Shown: piece by piece, positions 20,591-29,829 of the stretch | Layout: each line of letters begins with the position of its first letter | Numbering within the stretch: the stretch's first letter is position 1 | From: Syntrophaceae bacterium UBA7520 | GTDB taxonomy: Bacteria > Desulfobacterota > Syntrophia > Syntrophales > Smithellaceae | Assembly (NCBI GenBank): GCA_002478265.1 | Contig: DLNC01000009.1 | Coordinates: 3,452 to 67,451, forward strand | Direction: 5' to 3' | Length of the DNA: 64,000 nucleotides | Position numbers and translations under genes: made by a program | Notes under the pieces: model-generated | The model's input: the letters and a program-made list of their open reading frames with translations, nothing else | Told to the model about the DNA's origin: nothing | Databases searched by the model: none

Positions 20591-21334
20591 CTAATTAATG
20601 TTTTTTTTAGCCTGGGGAATCTTTAACATTCCTTTCAGCTGTTTTTTTTCCGCAACATTTTTCCCCTCCAATAGACGCGCCATCGCCCGCGCGTCTTCAT
20701 TTCTCAAATAGAGGGTGAAATGCGGCTCTTCTTTTTTCGCCCGTATCCCGTCCAGAACAATTTCAATAAACGGGTCAAGCATATCTATCAGACTTTTTTC
20801 TGTTTTCGGCCTTCCCTGCATGTGCCACTGGATGAATAAATGTTCAATGGTGCCCATCAGCATGGAACGAATCAGATAAGCGTCCGCGTCCTTTTTAAAA
20901 GTTCCGTCCGCGATGCCTTCTCTGATACAATCCAAAAGCCGATGCGCGGAACGGCGGATTGCCGCGTGGGCCGGAGTCTCACGGAATCTCTTGTTCGACA
21001 TCAGCTGCAGTAAAACCAGCGCGGAATAATGCGGGTTAGACTGGTAAAGATTAAAGTAGGAAAGCAATATCGCCCGTAGTTTTCCCTCCACGCCTTTTAT
21101 GTAGGGAAGAATTTTCGATGATTCGTCGTAGGTCTGGTTGGATATTTTTTCCGGGATAGCAAAAAGCAAATCTTCCTTGGTGCCGAAATATTCGTAAATG
21201 GTCGCCTCGGAAACTCCCGCTTCTTTGCTTATTTCTGTGATCGTGGCGTTTTGAAAACCCTTTTCCGCAAAAATATGCAAAGCCGCTTCCATGATGCGGT
21301 CTTTTCTGGTTTTGGCTCGGACGGTATCGTTCAT
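20591..21334 (-). CDS. TetR/AcrR-family regulator
   Basis: RIMEAALHIFAEKGF...ISKEAGVSEATIYEYFGTKEDL. Confidence 0.92.
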   Translation of the reverse strand: MNDTVRAKTRKDRIMEAALHIFAEKGFQNATITEISKEAGVSEATIYEYFGTKEDLLFAIPEKISNQTYDESSKILPYIKGVEGKLRAILLSYFNLYQSNPHYSALVLLQLMSNKRFRETPAHAAIRRSAHRLLDCIREGIADGTFKKDADAYLIRSMLMGTIEHLFIQWHMQGRPKTEKSLIDMLDPFIEIVLDGIRAKKEEPHFTLYLRNEDARAMARLLEGKNVAEKKQLKGMLKIPQAKKNIN

Positions 21335-21363
21335 TAGCAAGGACGTCCTTCGGCGTCTTTGCT

Positions 21364-21445
21364 AACTTATGACATTATAGTGAGACTGTCAAGTTTTATT
21401 TTATTTCATAGTATGACTATGATAATTTTGCTATAATCATAGTCA
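21364..21445. promoter_or_regulatory. tetR promoter with inverted repeats (probable operators)
   Basis: Minus-strand TTGACA-N17-TAAGTT; TGACTATGAT-N12-ATCATAGTCA (21414-21445); TCATA-G-TATGA (21406-21416). Confidence 0.5.
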
Positions 21446-21503
21446 CATTTTTAAGAGAAGAAGCCTTGGCCTGACCATATAATGCAGTAAAATTAATTAC
21501 TTA

Positions 21504-22271
21504 TTATTTCTTTTTCATTGTTTTGAGCTTTTCCTGCAGTGCATCGATCCGCTGATGGTTATCCTCAGAACCGATGTAGCTTCTAAAGAGCCATTCCTGC
21601 AGGCGCATCGCTCCGTCCAGATCCTCATTGATAATTTTATTGGCCAGTTGCTTGGTTTCCTTGAGGCATCCCCGGTCGTAGGCGGCCATCTCACGGGCAA
21701 TGGCTGTGACCGATTCCAAAAGTTTCCCTTCAGGAAAAACACGGCTTACATAGCCCATTTTTTCCGCTTCATATGCGTCGTAGATTCTACCGGTGAGGGC
21801 TACTTCCTTAGCGCGTCCGAAACCGATAATGCGCCACAGCGGATCCATAATCGGGGTAAGCGATAAAACAATTTCTCGTTGGCCAAATTTAGCGCGCTCG
21901 GAGGCGTAACGGATATCGCACATCATGGTGAGGTCAAATCCGCCGGCAATCGCCGGGCCACCCACGGCGCAGATAACCGGCTGCGGGCAAAATAAAATAG
22001 CGCGGTAAGCGCGATGGAAAAGCGCCGTATACGCCTCGTTGGAAACCTTCTGTAGTTTTCTTATTTCATTGAGGTCGAATCCAGCGGAAAAATATCTTTC
22101 ACCGCCGGTGAACAAAATCACGTGCACGTCATCTCTTTCTCCCAGTTCGACAAACAATTTTTCAATTTCTTCCAAAACATCCGGCGCCAAAGCGTTTCCC
22201 TTGTCCGGCCTATTGATGGTAACCGTGGCTACTTTTTCCTGCACGTCAAGCAACAGATATTTCCAGTTCAT
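21504..22271 (-). CDS. Enoyl-CoA hydratase/isomerase family protein
   Basis: INRPDKGNAL, FSAGFDL, AIAGGFDL..MCDIR. Confidence 0.9.
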   Translation of the reverse strand: MNWKYLLLDVQEKVATVTINRPDKGNALAPDVLEEIEKLFVELGERDDVHVILFTGGERYFSAGFDLNEIRKLQKVSNEAYTALFHRAYRAILFCPQPVICAVGGPAIAGGFDLTMMCDIRYASERAKFGQREIVLSLTPIMDPLWRIIGFGRAKEVALTGRIYDAYEAEKMGYVSRVFPEGKLLESVTAIAREMAAYDRGCLKETKQLANKIINEDLDGAMRLQEWLFRSYIGSEDNHQRIDALQEKLKTMKKK

Positions 22272-22295
22272 TTTTCCCCCGTTGTGTTTTTTATA

Positions 22296-23732
22296 TTATT
22301 CGACCTTCGCCAGCTTTTTGGCCATTTCCATTTTCCCCGGCAAATTGCCCAAACGCTGATACATGATCCTCTGGCTCTGTGGCGAGCCGGCGCCGTGCAT
22401 GCTCTCGATCAGGCAGGTGCCGCCGGTCATGTTTTCGATAAGCCTTAAAACCTTCATTCTGGTCTCCGTGGAAACGCCTTTAATGCCGGCCAGATATTTT
22501 CTGACGTATTTGCCGATTTTCTCGCTTCTTAAATCCTTGTCAAAAGGCAACGTGGCCATAATGCCTCCCGCGATATCATGCGCCAGGCGGGATATTTCAT
22601 AAATGTTTCTGGTTATATTATGTTTGGCGCAATTGGCCAAAAGCGGGTCGGGGTAATAGGCGCCGCTTTTGGTTTTTGCGCCCATTGCCGAGCAGGCTAC
22701 TGACGCTGCATAGACGGTTTCCGCCAAGTGCGTCATCTCCGTGAGCTTGTCTTTGATATGCGAACCGCCCAAAGTTCCCTGATACTGCGCGGCCAGCGCC
22801 GTCGCGCCGATAATAATATCGGAAAGTCCGCCCTTACAGCCGCCGTAGTTCTGGCGGTGCAGCGTGGCAAATCTTTCGACCAGAATGCCGGTGAATCCTA
22901 TTTCGCCGCACATAAAAACACGTTCCCAGGGAACAAAAATATCCTCAAAAACAACCAGCGCCTCGCCACCCACGACGCCGAAATCCTTGTTTCCGGCGTC
23001 AATACCCTCTTCAAATTTCCTTTCTTCGTTTGTCTGGCGGCCAAAAATTAGCGTAACGCCTGGCGCGTTGAGCGGAATCGCGGCCGCCACGGCGTAATCC
23101 TCGTCTCCCTTGGTCATGGTCTGCGTGGGCAGGATAAGAATCTCGTGGCTGTTAACCGCGCCGGTCTGATGGGCTTTCGCGCCGCGCACGACGATACCGT
23201 CTTTTCTTTTTTCCACCACGCGCGTAAAAAGATCAGGATCTTCCTGTTCATGGGGCCTTTTGGAGCGGTCTCCTTTGGGGTCGGTCATGCCTCCCGCGAC
23301 GATGATGTTTTCTTCCTGAATCATTTTCAGGTATTCATTAAAACGCTGGAAATAATTTGTCCCGTGGGCCTCATCGATGTCATATGTGGTCATATATAAG
23401 GCGTTGAGCGCGTCGAAGCCGACACAGCGCTGAAAACAGCTGCCCGTCTCATGGGAAATCAGCCGCAACATCTGTACTTTTTTGATGAGGTCATCGACGG
23501 ATTGATGAATATGCGTGAAGCGGTTAATTTTTTTGCCGGTCAGATGGCTGGTCGCCGTCATCAGATCTTCATGCTCCGGCAGCAGGGCAAGCTCATATGT
23601 TTTGGCCGCCGCGTTGATGTGCGGAATAAGAGCCGGGTGGGTGGTGACATCCTCAACGTGTTCACCGTTATAAAAAACGTTGAGCTTCTGTTTCTTCAGG
23701 CTCTGCACATAATCTTCTTTTGTCTTAATCAT
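22296..23732 (-). CDS. 4-hydroxybutyryl-CoA dehydratase-family protein (paralogue 3)
   Basis: SCFQRCVG, MTDPKGDRS, HRQNYGGCK, ESMHGAGSPQ. Confidence 0.88.
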   Translation of the reverse strand: MIKTKEDYVQSLKKQKLNVFYNGEHVEDVTTHPALIPHINAAAKTYELALLPEHEDLMTATSHLTGKKINRFTHIHQSVDDLIKKVQMLRLISHETGSCFQRCVGFDALNALYMTTYDIDEAHGTNYFQRFNEYLKMIQEENIIVAGGMTDPKGDRSKRPHEQEDPDLFTRVVEKRKDGIVVRGAKAHQTGAVNSHEILILPTQTMTKGDEDYAVAAAIPLNAPGVTLIFGRQTNEERKFEEGIDAGNKDFGVVGGEALVVFEDIFVPWERVFMCGEIGFTGILVERFATLHRQNYGGCKGGLSDIIIGATALAAQYQGTLGGSHIKDKLTEMTHLAETVYAASVACSAMGAKTKSGAYYPDPLLANCAKHNITRNIYEISRLAHDIAGGIMATLPFDKDLRSEKIGKYVRKYLAGIKGVSTETRMKVLRLIENMTGGTCLIESMHGAGSPQSQRIMYQRLGNLPGKMEMAKKLAKVE

Positions 23733-23803
23733 TTTTTTCTCCCGAAAAAATAAAGAAAGATAAAAAAAGGGGGCAAAATATTTATACGCTAAACCTTGAT
23801 TAG

Positions 23804-24106
23804 TTAACCGATAATTTTACCCGAAACGATTTTTGCTATTTTTTCTTCCGGAAATTCATCCAAGTCCACGGATTTACCAGCGACAACAATCCAGCGCTCT
23901 GCCATATTCCTTATCCGCGGTTTATCCACGCATGCAGCCGCGCACCCGCAGATTATAACGCCCGTATTCCAGGGCGCGGAGTGTTCATCAGATGCTACGA
24001 TATAATCCGCGGGTAATATTTTTTTTATCGCATCAACTATACCGACACGGTTGATGGCGGAATTACAGCCGCCGCAATATTTGAAGCCGATTAATTTTTT
24101 TTCCAT
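23804..24106 (-). CDS. Small Cys-rich hypothetical protein (YCGGCN...CGCxxAC), 100 aa
   Basis: Likely start is ATG 24106 (MEKKLIGFKYCGGCN). Lies between two AbfD-family genes. Confidence 0.7.
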   Translation of the reverse strand: MEKKLIGFKYCGGCNSAINRVGIVDAIKKILPADYIVASDEHSAPWNTGVIICGCAAACVDKPRIRNMAERWIVVAGKSVDLDEFPEEKIAKIVSGKIIG

Positions 24107-24129
24107 TTCCGGCCCGAAAGTGTCCGCAA

Positions 24130-25581
24130 TCACTCCTTGATTCCGGCAATCTCCTTGGCCAGTTGTTTTTTCTGCTCCAAATTGCCCTGCCGCGAAATCA
24201 TAATGCGCTGCGCCTGAGGCGAACCGGCGCCGTGCATGGATTCCGTGCGATAGCCGACCGCCGCCGTGCCCAACGTGATATTTTCCACCAACCGCATGAT
24301 CCGGCAACGGTTCTCCGTCGGCACGCCATTAACGCCCTTAAAATACTTATCGACAATTTTGCCGATTTCCGGATGACGCAAATCTTTTTCCGAGGGCATG
24401 GTAACCATCAGGCCGCCGGCAATATCTTCGGCAAGACGCGCTATCTCATAGGGGAATCTGGTAACATTCTGCTTGCAGACATTGGCTAAAAGCAGGTCAA
24501 TTAAATATGTACCCGAAGCCGTCTTATGACCCTGCGCCGAGCAAGCGATGCCGCAGGAAAAAAGAGTTTCATTGAGGTGAATCATTTCAATCAGTTTATC
24601 TTTAACATGCGAAGCTTTGGCCGCGCCGTTGTAATCGGCCGCCAGCGCCGCGGCACCAATCAAAACATCACCAACGCCCACTTTGCAGCCGCCGTAGCTC
24701 TGACGGTGATAACCGGCAAAACGCTCCACGAGCATGCCGCTGAACTCCGTTTCGCCGCACATAAACACATTTTCCCAGGGCACAAAAACATTGTCAAAAA
24801 CCATCAGCGCCTCATGCCCGCCGAACTGGTGGTTTCCCACGTCTATTTGTCCGCCTTCGAGCTTGCGCGTGTCACAGGATTGTCGTCCGTAAATATAGGT
24901 AATGCCTTCCGCGTCCGCCGGGCAGGCGAAAGAGATAGCGTAATCGGCGTCCTCCTTGCCCATTGATACCGTGGGCATAACCAGAATCCAGTGTGAATTT
25001 ATCGCGCCGGTCTGATGGGCCTTGGCGCCGCGCACCACGATGCCGTCTTTTCTTTTTTCCACCACATGCGTGTACAGATCGGGATCAGCCTGCTTGCTGG
25101 GTGATACGCCCCGGTCGCCCTTGGGATCGGTCATCGCGCCGTCCACGGTAAAATCATTTTCCTGCACCATCTTCAGAAACTTTCTAAAGCGTTCATGATA
25201 TTTGGTGCCGAGCTTCTGATCCATTTCACAGGTGACGCTGTCCACCGCGTTCATCGCGTCCATGCCGACGCAGCGCTGAAAGCAAGAGGCGGTTTTCTGC
25301 CCCAAAAGCCGCTGCATCTTTACTTTTTTCACCAGGTCTTCCGTGCTTTGATGCAAATGACAGAAACGGTTGACCTTTTTCCCATCCAGGTTTGACTTGG
25401 CGGTCATCAGATCTTCATGCGCCGGATCGTGTGCCAACTCATAAGTCATTTTTACGGAATTCATCGAAGGCCTGATTATGGGGTGATCCACGGGATTATC
25501 CACCTTTTCGCCCATTAAATAGACCTTGAATTTCATTTTGCGCAAACTATCTTCGTATTGTTTGCCGGTCATTAACGCCAT
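24130..25581 (-). CDS. abfD: 4-hydroxybutyryl-CoA dehydratase/vinylacetyl-CoA delta-isomerase
   Basis: MALMTG..Y..SLR, SCFQRCVGMDA, GAKAHQTG, FGGHEAL, HRQSYGGCKVGVGD, YRTESMHGAGSPQAQR: the canonical AbfD signature. Confidence 0.92.
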   Translation of the reverse strand: MALMTGKQYEDSLRKMKFKVYLMGEKVDNPVDHPIIRPSMNSVKMTYELAHDPAHEDLMTAKSNLDGKKVNRFCHLHQSTEDLVKKVKMQRLLGQKTASCFQRCVGMDAMNAVDSVTCEMDQKLGTKYHERFRKFLKMVQENDFTVDGAMTDPKGDRGVSPSKQADPDLYTHVVEKRKDGIVVRGAKAHQTGAINSHWILVMPTVSMGKEDADYAISFACPADAEGITYIYGRQSCDTRKLEGGQIDVGNHQFGGHEALMVFDNVFVPWENVFMCGETEFSGMLVERFAGYHRQSYGGCKVGVGDVLIGAAALAADYNGAAKASHVKDKLIEMIHLNETLFSCGIACSAQGHKTASGTYLIDLLLANVCKQNVTRFPYEIARLAEDIAGGLMVTMPSEKDLRHPEIGKIVDKYFKGVNGVPTENRCRIMRLVENITLGTAAVGYRTESMHGAGSPQAQRIMISRQGNLEQKKQLAKEIAGIKE

Positions 25582-25681
25582 TACTTATCGCCTCCTCAAG
25601 TATGTGTATTATCAATATTTTAGACAAAAAACTAAACTTGCGCACACAAATCGCGCGCAAAGAAAACTTGCTATTGGTTCT

Positions 25682-25710
25682 AGTCTAGGCACGAAAGAAA
25701 AAATTGTCAA
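25682..25710 (-). promoter_or_regulatory. Sigma70 promoter of abfD
   Basis: Minus-strand TTGACA-N17-TAGACT. Confidence 0.6.
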
Positions 25711-25744
25711 ATTTTTGCCCGAGCAGTAGGGGAGTTTGCCGCCG

Positions 25745-26086
25745 CTAAGCGCGGCAGGTTTTGACAAAATCGGCCAGCTGTTTTTCGCTCAACCCCACGC
25801 CAGGTTCTCCATCAAGCCTTTTTGCAATCTTGCCTTTGTCAAAAAAGAGAACCGTGGGGAAAATATCGACGGCATATTTTTCGCCTATGCGCTCCTGGTC
25901 ATCCTGAACGCGAACAAAACCCAAGTCTCCCTCATCGGCATATTTCTCGAAAACGGGCAAAAAATTACGGCAAAAAGGGCACCATGAGGCGTAGACAAGA
26001 GCAACGATTCTATCATTTTTCTTCAGAAGATCGCCGAAATCCCCCTCGCTATCAATAAAGACACTTTTACTTTCTTTACTCATCAT
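25745..26086 (-). CDS. Thioredoxin-family protein
   Basis: YASWCPFC and IFPTVLFF. Start uncertain. Confidence 0.85.
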   Translation of the reverse strand: MMSKESKSVFIDSEGDFGDLLKKNDRIVALVYASWCPFCRNFLPVFEKYADEGDLGFVRVQDDQERIGEKYAVDIFPTVLFFDKGKIAKRLDGEPGVGLSEKQLADFVKTCRA

Positions 26087-26160
26087 TACTTCCCGATTAA
26101 TGCCTTCTCGCTTCGGCAATTCATTAATTTAGTCTTTTTAATTTCTGTTACTTTTGTTTA

Positions 26161-26940
26161 TTAACTTTTTAAGGGAGCCCCGGCGATGAAACGCGCCTGT
26201 AGCCTGCGCATACCCAAAAGCCAACGGTCGTAATCCGCTGTTTTTCGCTGCATATATGTTTTTACTTCGGGATGAGGCAAAATTAAAAATTCTTCGCGCT
26301 GTAAACCTTTTATAACCTCATCGGCCAACTGCTCCGGCTCCATCAGCCCGTCAACCGCCGCCACGCCGCCGCCCTGTCTGGTCATTTCCGATCTTACTGC
26401 CTGGGGACAAAGTGCAAATACCTTAATTCCCCTGTCTCCGAAAGTGATAGAAATATTTTCAGCCAATCCCACTGCGGCATGCTTGGTCACGGAGTAAGGC
26501 AACGAACCAATCTGGCTCAATAAACCGGCGGCCGAGGCTGTAACCATGAAAGATCCCCCTCCTCTTTTTATCATTCCGGGAATAACGGCGCGCGCCGCAA
26601 AAACATGTGACAGAACATTAATCTCCCAGATGCGCTGCCAATCTTCATTTCTGACATCCAGATCCCCGATGAGAATAATACCCGCGTTTGAACAAAAAAG
26701 ATCGATAGCGCCAAAGCGGGTTTCGGTATCGCTGACTAGCCGAATAATATCTTCTTCATTTCGCACGTCGCAGGACATAGCTAAACCATTTATCTCGCCG
26801 GCTACAGCCTTTGCCCTTGCCTCATCAATATCGGCGACAATCACTTTTTTCGCTCCTTCCCGGGCAAAACGCCGGCATAAGCCCTCTCCTATCCCGTTTG
26901 CGCCGCCGGTAACGACAATAATTTTATCTTTTACTTCCAT
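26161..26940 (-). CDS. Short-chain dehydrogenase/reductase
   Basis: TGGANGIG, SNAG, YSVTK. Confidence 0.9.
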   Translation of the reverse strand: MEVKDKIIVVTGGANGIGEGLCRRFAREGAKKVIVADIDEARAKAVAGEINGLAMSCDVRNEEDIIRLVSDTETRFGAIDLFCSNAGIILIGDLDVRNEDWQRIWEINVLSHVFAARAVIPGMIKRGGGSFMVTASAAGLLSQIGSLPYSVTKHAAVGLAENISITFGDRGIKVFALCPQAVRSEMTRQGGGVAAVDGLMEPEQLADEVIKGLQREEFLILPHPEVKTYMQRKTADYDRWLLGMRRLQARFIAGAPLKS

Positions 26941-27025
26941 CTCTTATCCCCTCAAAATGTTTTCGCATTAAAATCAAAAGTGAAAATTTTTGCAAATTGA
27001 CAAAAAATTCACAGAGAGGCGCTTA

Positions 27026-27682
27026 TCATAAAGCATGCCGCAGAACAAGAACTTCCGGCTTCGTCGGTAAATTTTCTTTTCTGATTTCTACTTCCGACTT
27101 ATCCAAAACACGCACGTTATTTTTACCCTTGGTAAATTCTTCCGCCGGCGCAATGGGAAAACCGCATTTATCCGTTTTGTAATGCATGGGAATGGTCACG
27201 CGCGGAGCAAGCGCGGAAATCATTTTCGCCGCCTGGTCGGCATCAATCGTAAAAAAGCCCCCTACCGGCAGCAAAACAATGTCCACCTTGCCTATTTTCT
27301 TGAGCATGTCGTCGTCAAGATCATGGCCGATGTCACCGGTATGCACCAGATTTAAACCATCGACCGCAATAACGAAAATTAAATTGACGCCTCTTTCCTT
27401 TCCGGATGTCGCGTCATGGAAAGAGGAAAAAGCTTTTATCTTTATGCCCTGCAGATCATACTCTCCGGCCTTGTCAATGAGTGCGTACCCGCCCGCGATG
27501 GTTTTTGTGTAATTATGATCCGCGTGATCATGACTGGTCAGGACAATATCCGCTTCTTCATCAATTTTGCCGTAAGAGAGCGCTCCGTTATAGGCGCCCG
27601 GCTCATAAGGATCGATGATCATTCTGATCCCTTTGTCCGTTGTTATTTTAAATGCCGCGTGTCCATACCATTTTATCTTCAT
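27026..27682 (-). CDS. Metallo-beta-lactamase-fold hydrolase (UPF0173/UlaG-like)
   Basis: WYGHAAF, IDPY, SHDHADH, HTGD, IPMHY. Confidence 0.88.
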   Translation of the reverse strand: MKIKWYGHAAFKITTDKGIRMIIDPYEPGAYNGALSYGKIDEEADIVLTSHDHADHNYTKTIAGGYALIDKAGEYDLQGIKIKAFSSFHDATSGKERGVNLIFVIAVDGLNLVHTGDIGHDLDDDMLKKIGKVDIVLLPVGGFFTIDADQAAKMISALAPRVTIPMHYKTDKCGFPIAPAEEFTKGKNNVRVLDKSEVEIRKENLPTKPEVLVLRHAL

Positions 27683-27830
27683 TGCTGAGTCCCTCCTTTA
27701 CGAAGAATTATTTGTTGCGATTACTTTTTACTTATAATTGCTCAATAATTCCTTTAGTTCAGGGGTCAGGGAACCGCGCCATTGCTCCAGCGCTGTTCCC
27801 TGATTATGATTTACCTTTCAGTTATTTATT

Positions 27831-29615
27831 TTATCGTTTCGCATCTGTCCGAAACCGCGAATTGTCCCAGAAAGGCTTTATTTCTTTTCTTCGCGGTTCT
27901 TTTCTCAGCGCCTTTTCAATATCCGCATTTGTCAATTCTGTGGTGGACATTTCAATTTTGATATTCTCATAATCAGCATCTAACAGAATTGTCTTAGGTT
28001 CTCCCTTGGCATTGGACCAGGGTTGCCACAGGGGCAGGCCGGAACTGTCGCGATTCGGATTGCCGCTGCGGGCAAACTGCGCCCAGTAGTCCATCATCGC
28101 GTTTGAAAGAGCGATACGTCCGGGGCGGTTTTTTGCAGAGAAAGCGTACGGCCCCAGAGACGTTTTCTCCGTGCCGAAGACAAAATCAATTTCCATCGCG
28201 TGACAAGCGCCCAACAATAAACTGAGCGGCGGGCGCATCACGCTGCCCTCTATGCCGTCCGCGCCCCATAAAAACTGATAGGCGTAAATATCTGGCTGGT
28301 CAATATTTCCGCGCAAAATCCTGGCCAGATTATCCACACCCATAACTTTCCACCCGTCGCTCTGATACTTAGCCGCCAGCGTGTAAAGCTCGGCTTTTTT
28401 CGGATCATCAAAAAGCGAACCGTCTTTCGCCCACGCGGCAAACATCGGATCAAGCCTTAAGAACAACTTGGCTTCTTCCTTATTTGTCCCCAGCATGACC
28501 GGAACTTTATTGTAATTGCCCGCTTTAAAAGCCTGATAAATATCCGGCGGCAGTACCGTCCCGTCCAGAAAATTACTGGGAATGCTGATCATGCCAACCG
28601 ACGGCCCTTCCGGATATGCCTCCAGAAAATCTTCCGGTTTTTTCGCCCGGAGATAAGAGGATATCTCCGGCAAAGACATTTTCCCGATTTTGGCAAGTCC
28701 CGCTTTCTCGTCAGCGACACTCCCTTCCTTTACCATCATCCTTGCCATGACTTCTTGAACATGGGCCGCGCCTTTTTGCGGCGTGCTTGTCCTGACTCCG
28801 CCGCTCTGCGATACAGCGCGATGGAAAAGCCCTTTGGACAAAGGCGAAGATATTAAGGATATGATATTGAAAGCTCCCGCCGATTCACCCACGATAGTGA
28901 CACTTTCCGGATTACCGCCGAAATTGCCGATATTTGCCTGAACCCAGTTTAATGCCTGAATTAAATCCAACAGCGCGAAATTGCCCGAATCCGTTTTTTT
29001 ATCCTTGGAATCAACGCTTTTGAGCGCCGGATGACTGAAAAATCCAAGCGGACCCAGACGGTAGTTCACCGTCACCACAACCATATTTTTTTTGCCGGCC
29101 AAAACAGAGCCATCCGTGTTGGAAAGAAGCGGCCACTGAATGCTGTTGCCTCCTCCGTGTATCCAAAAAAAGACGGGAAGATTTTTCTCTTCCGTGTCCG
29201 GACGCCAGATATTGAGATACAAACAATCTTCATCGCCCTGAATGACCCAGGGGGTGTTCGGATTGCGGTCGTGATCGACATATTGCGGACAGACATTGGC
29301 AAACTTCGTCGTTTTCAGCGAAGCGTCGCGCTTTTCCGGCGCTTGCGTCGCGCTCCAGCGCAATTCACCCACCGGCGGCTTCGCGTAGGGAATTCCTTTC
29401 CACGATTGCGTTTTATTCTCTTTATTTACCTCACCGACCACAACACCTTCCGTCGTTAGCTTTTCAATATAAAGCGTCTCCGGAGCCTTCGCCGCAGCGG
29501 GCGGCGCGGTGGCTGGTTTTGTCGCGCAACCAGAAAATAGAAATATAAACGACGCCAATACACATAAAAGCGCCCTGCTTCGACCATACAATATAAAAAT
29601 TTTTCTCTTAGACAT
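27831..29615 (-). CDS. Type B carboxylesterase, lipoprotein
   Basis: Lipobox LFSGC, GIPYAKPPVGELRW, EDCLYLNIW, HGGG, nucleophile GESAG, ACHAMEI. Confidence 0.9.
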   Translation of the reverse strand: MSKRKIFILYGRSRALLCVLASFIFLFSGCATKPATAPPAAAKAPETLYIEKLTTEGVVVGEVNKENKTQSWKGIPYAKPPVGELRWSATQAPEKRDASLKTTKFANVCPQYVDHDRNPNTPWVIQGDEDCLYLNIWRPDTEEKNLPVFFWIHGGGNSIQWPLLSNTDGSVLAGKKNMVVVTVNYRLGPLGFFSHPALKSVDSKDKKTDSGNFALLDLIQALNWVQANIGNFGGNPESVTIVGESAGAFNIISLISSPLSKGLFHRAVSQSGGVRTSTPQKGAAHVQEVMARMMVKEGSVADEKAGLAKIGKMSLPEISSYLRAKKPEDFLEAYPEGPSVGMISIPSNFLDGTVLPPDIYQAFKAGNYNKVPVMLGTNKEEAKLFLRLDPMFAAWAKDGSLFDDPKKAELYTLAAKYQSDGWKVMGVDNLARILRGNIDQPDIYAYQFLWGADGIEGSVMRPPLSLLLGACHAMEIDFVFGTEKTSLGPYAFSAKNRPGRIALSNAMMDYWAQFARSGNPNRDSSGLPLWQPWSNAKGEPKTILLDADYENIKIEMSTTELTNADIEKALRKEPRRKEIKPFWDNSRFRTDAKR

Positions 29616-29829
29616 ATAACCCCCTGTAAAATGATGAATATTTTGAAAAGTTGTTGACCTACCCCCCCTGTAAAAAACGATGCGTAATTTATATCAAGGA
29701 TTCATAGTTTTCAAACAAAATTAATTCTTCTTAATTTTTTCAAAAAGCCGCCATTACTCGCATTAATTTGCATTATCAGCGATGAAATGCTATTTAAAGA
29801 CATGTTTTGCAGCAAGGACGTATTTATCA

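Noticed and set aside
21373-21392. Perfect TTGACA and TATAAT hexamers on the minus strand
   Set aside because: They are only 7 bp apart, so they cannot act as a -35/-10 pair. TAAGTT at 17 bp was used instead.
17461-25581. Calling the four paralogues 4-hydroxyphenylacetate 3-monooxygenase (HpaB)
   Set aside because: They share the fold family, but all keep the Cys/His [4Fe-4S] ligands of AbfD and sit in an anaerobic context with no HpaC-type flavin reductase.
26976-27015. Rex operator-like sequences (also near 59933-59950)
   Set aside because: Only partial matches to TTGTGAA-N4-TTCACAA in AT-rich DNA, which is not enough to support a call.
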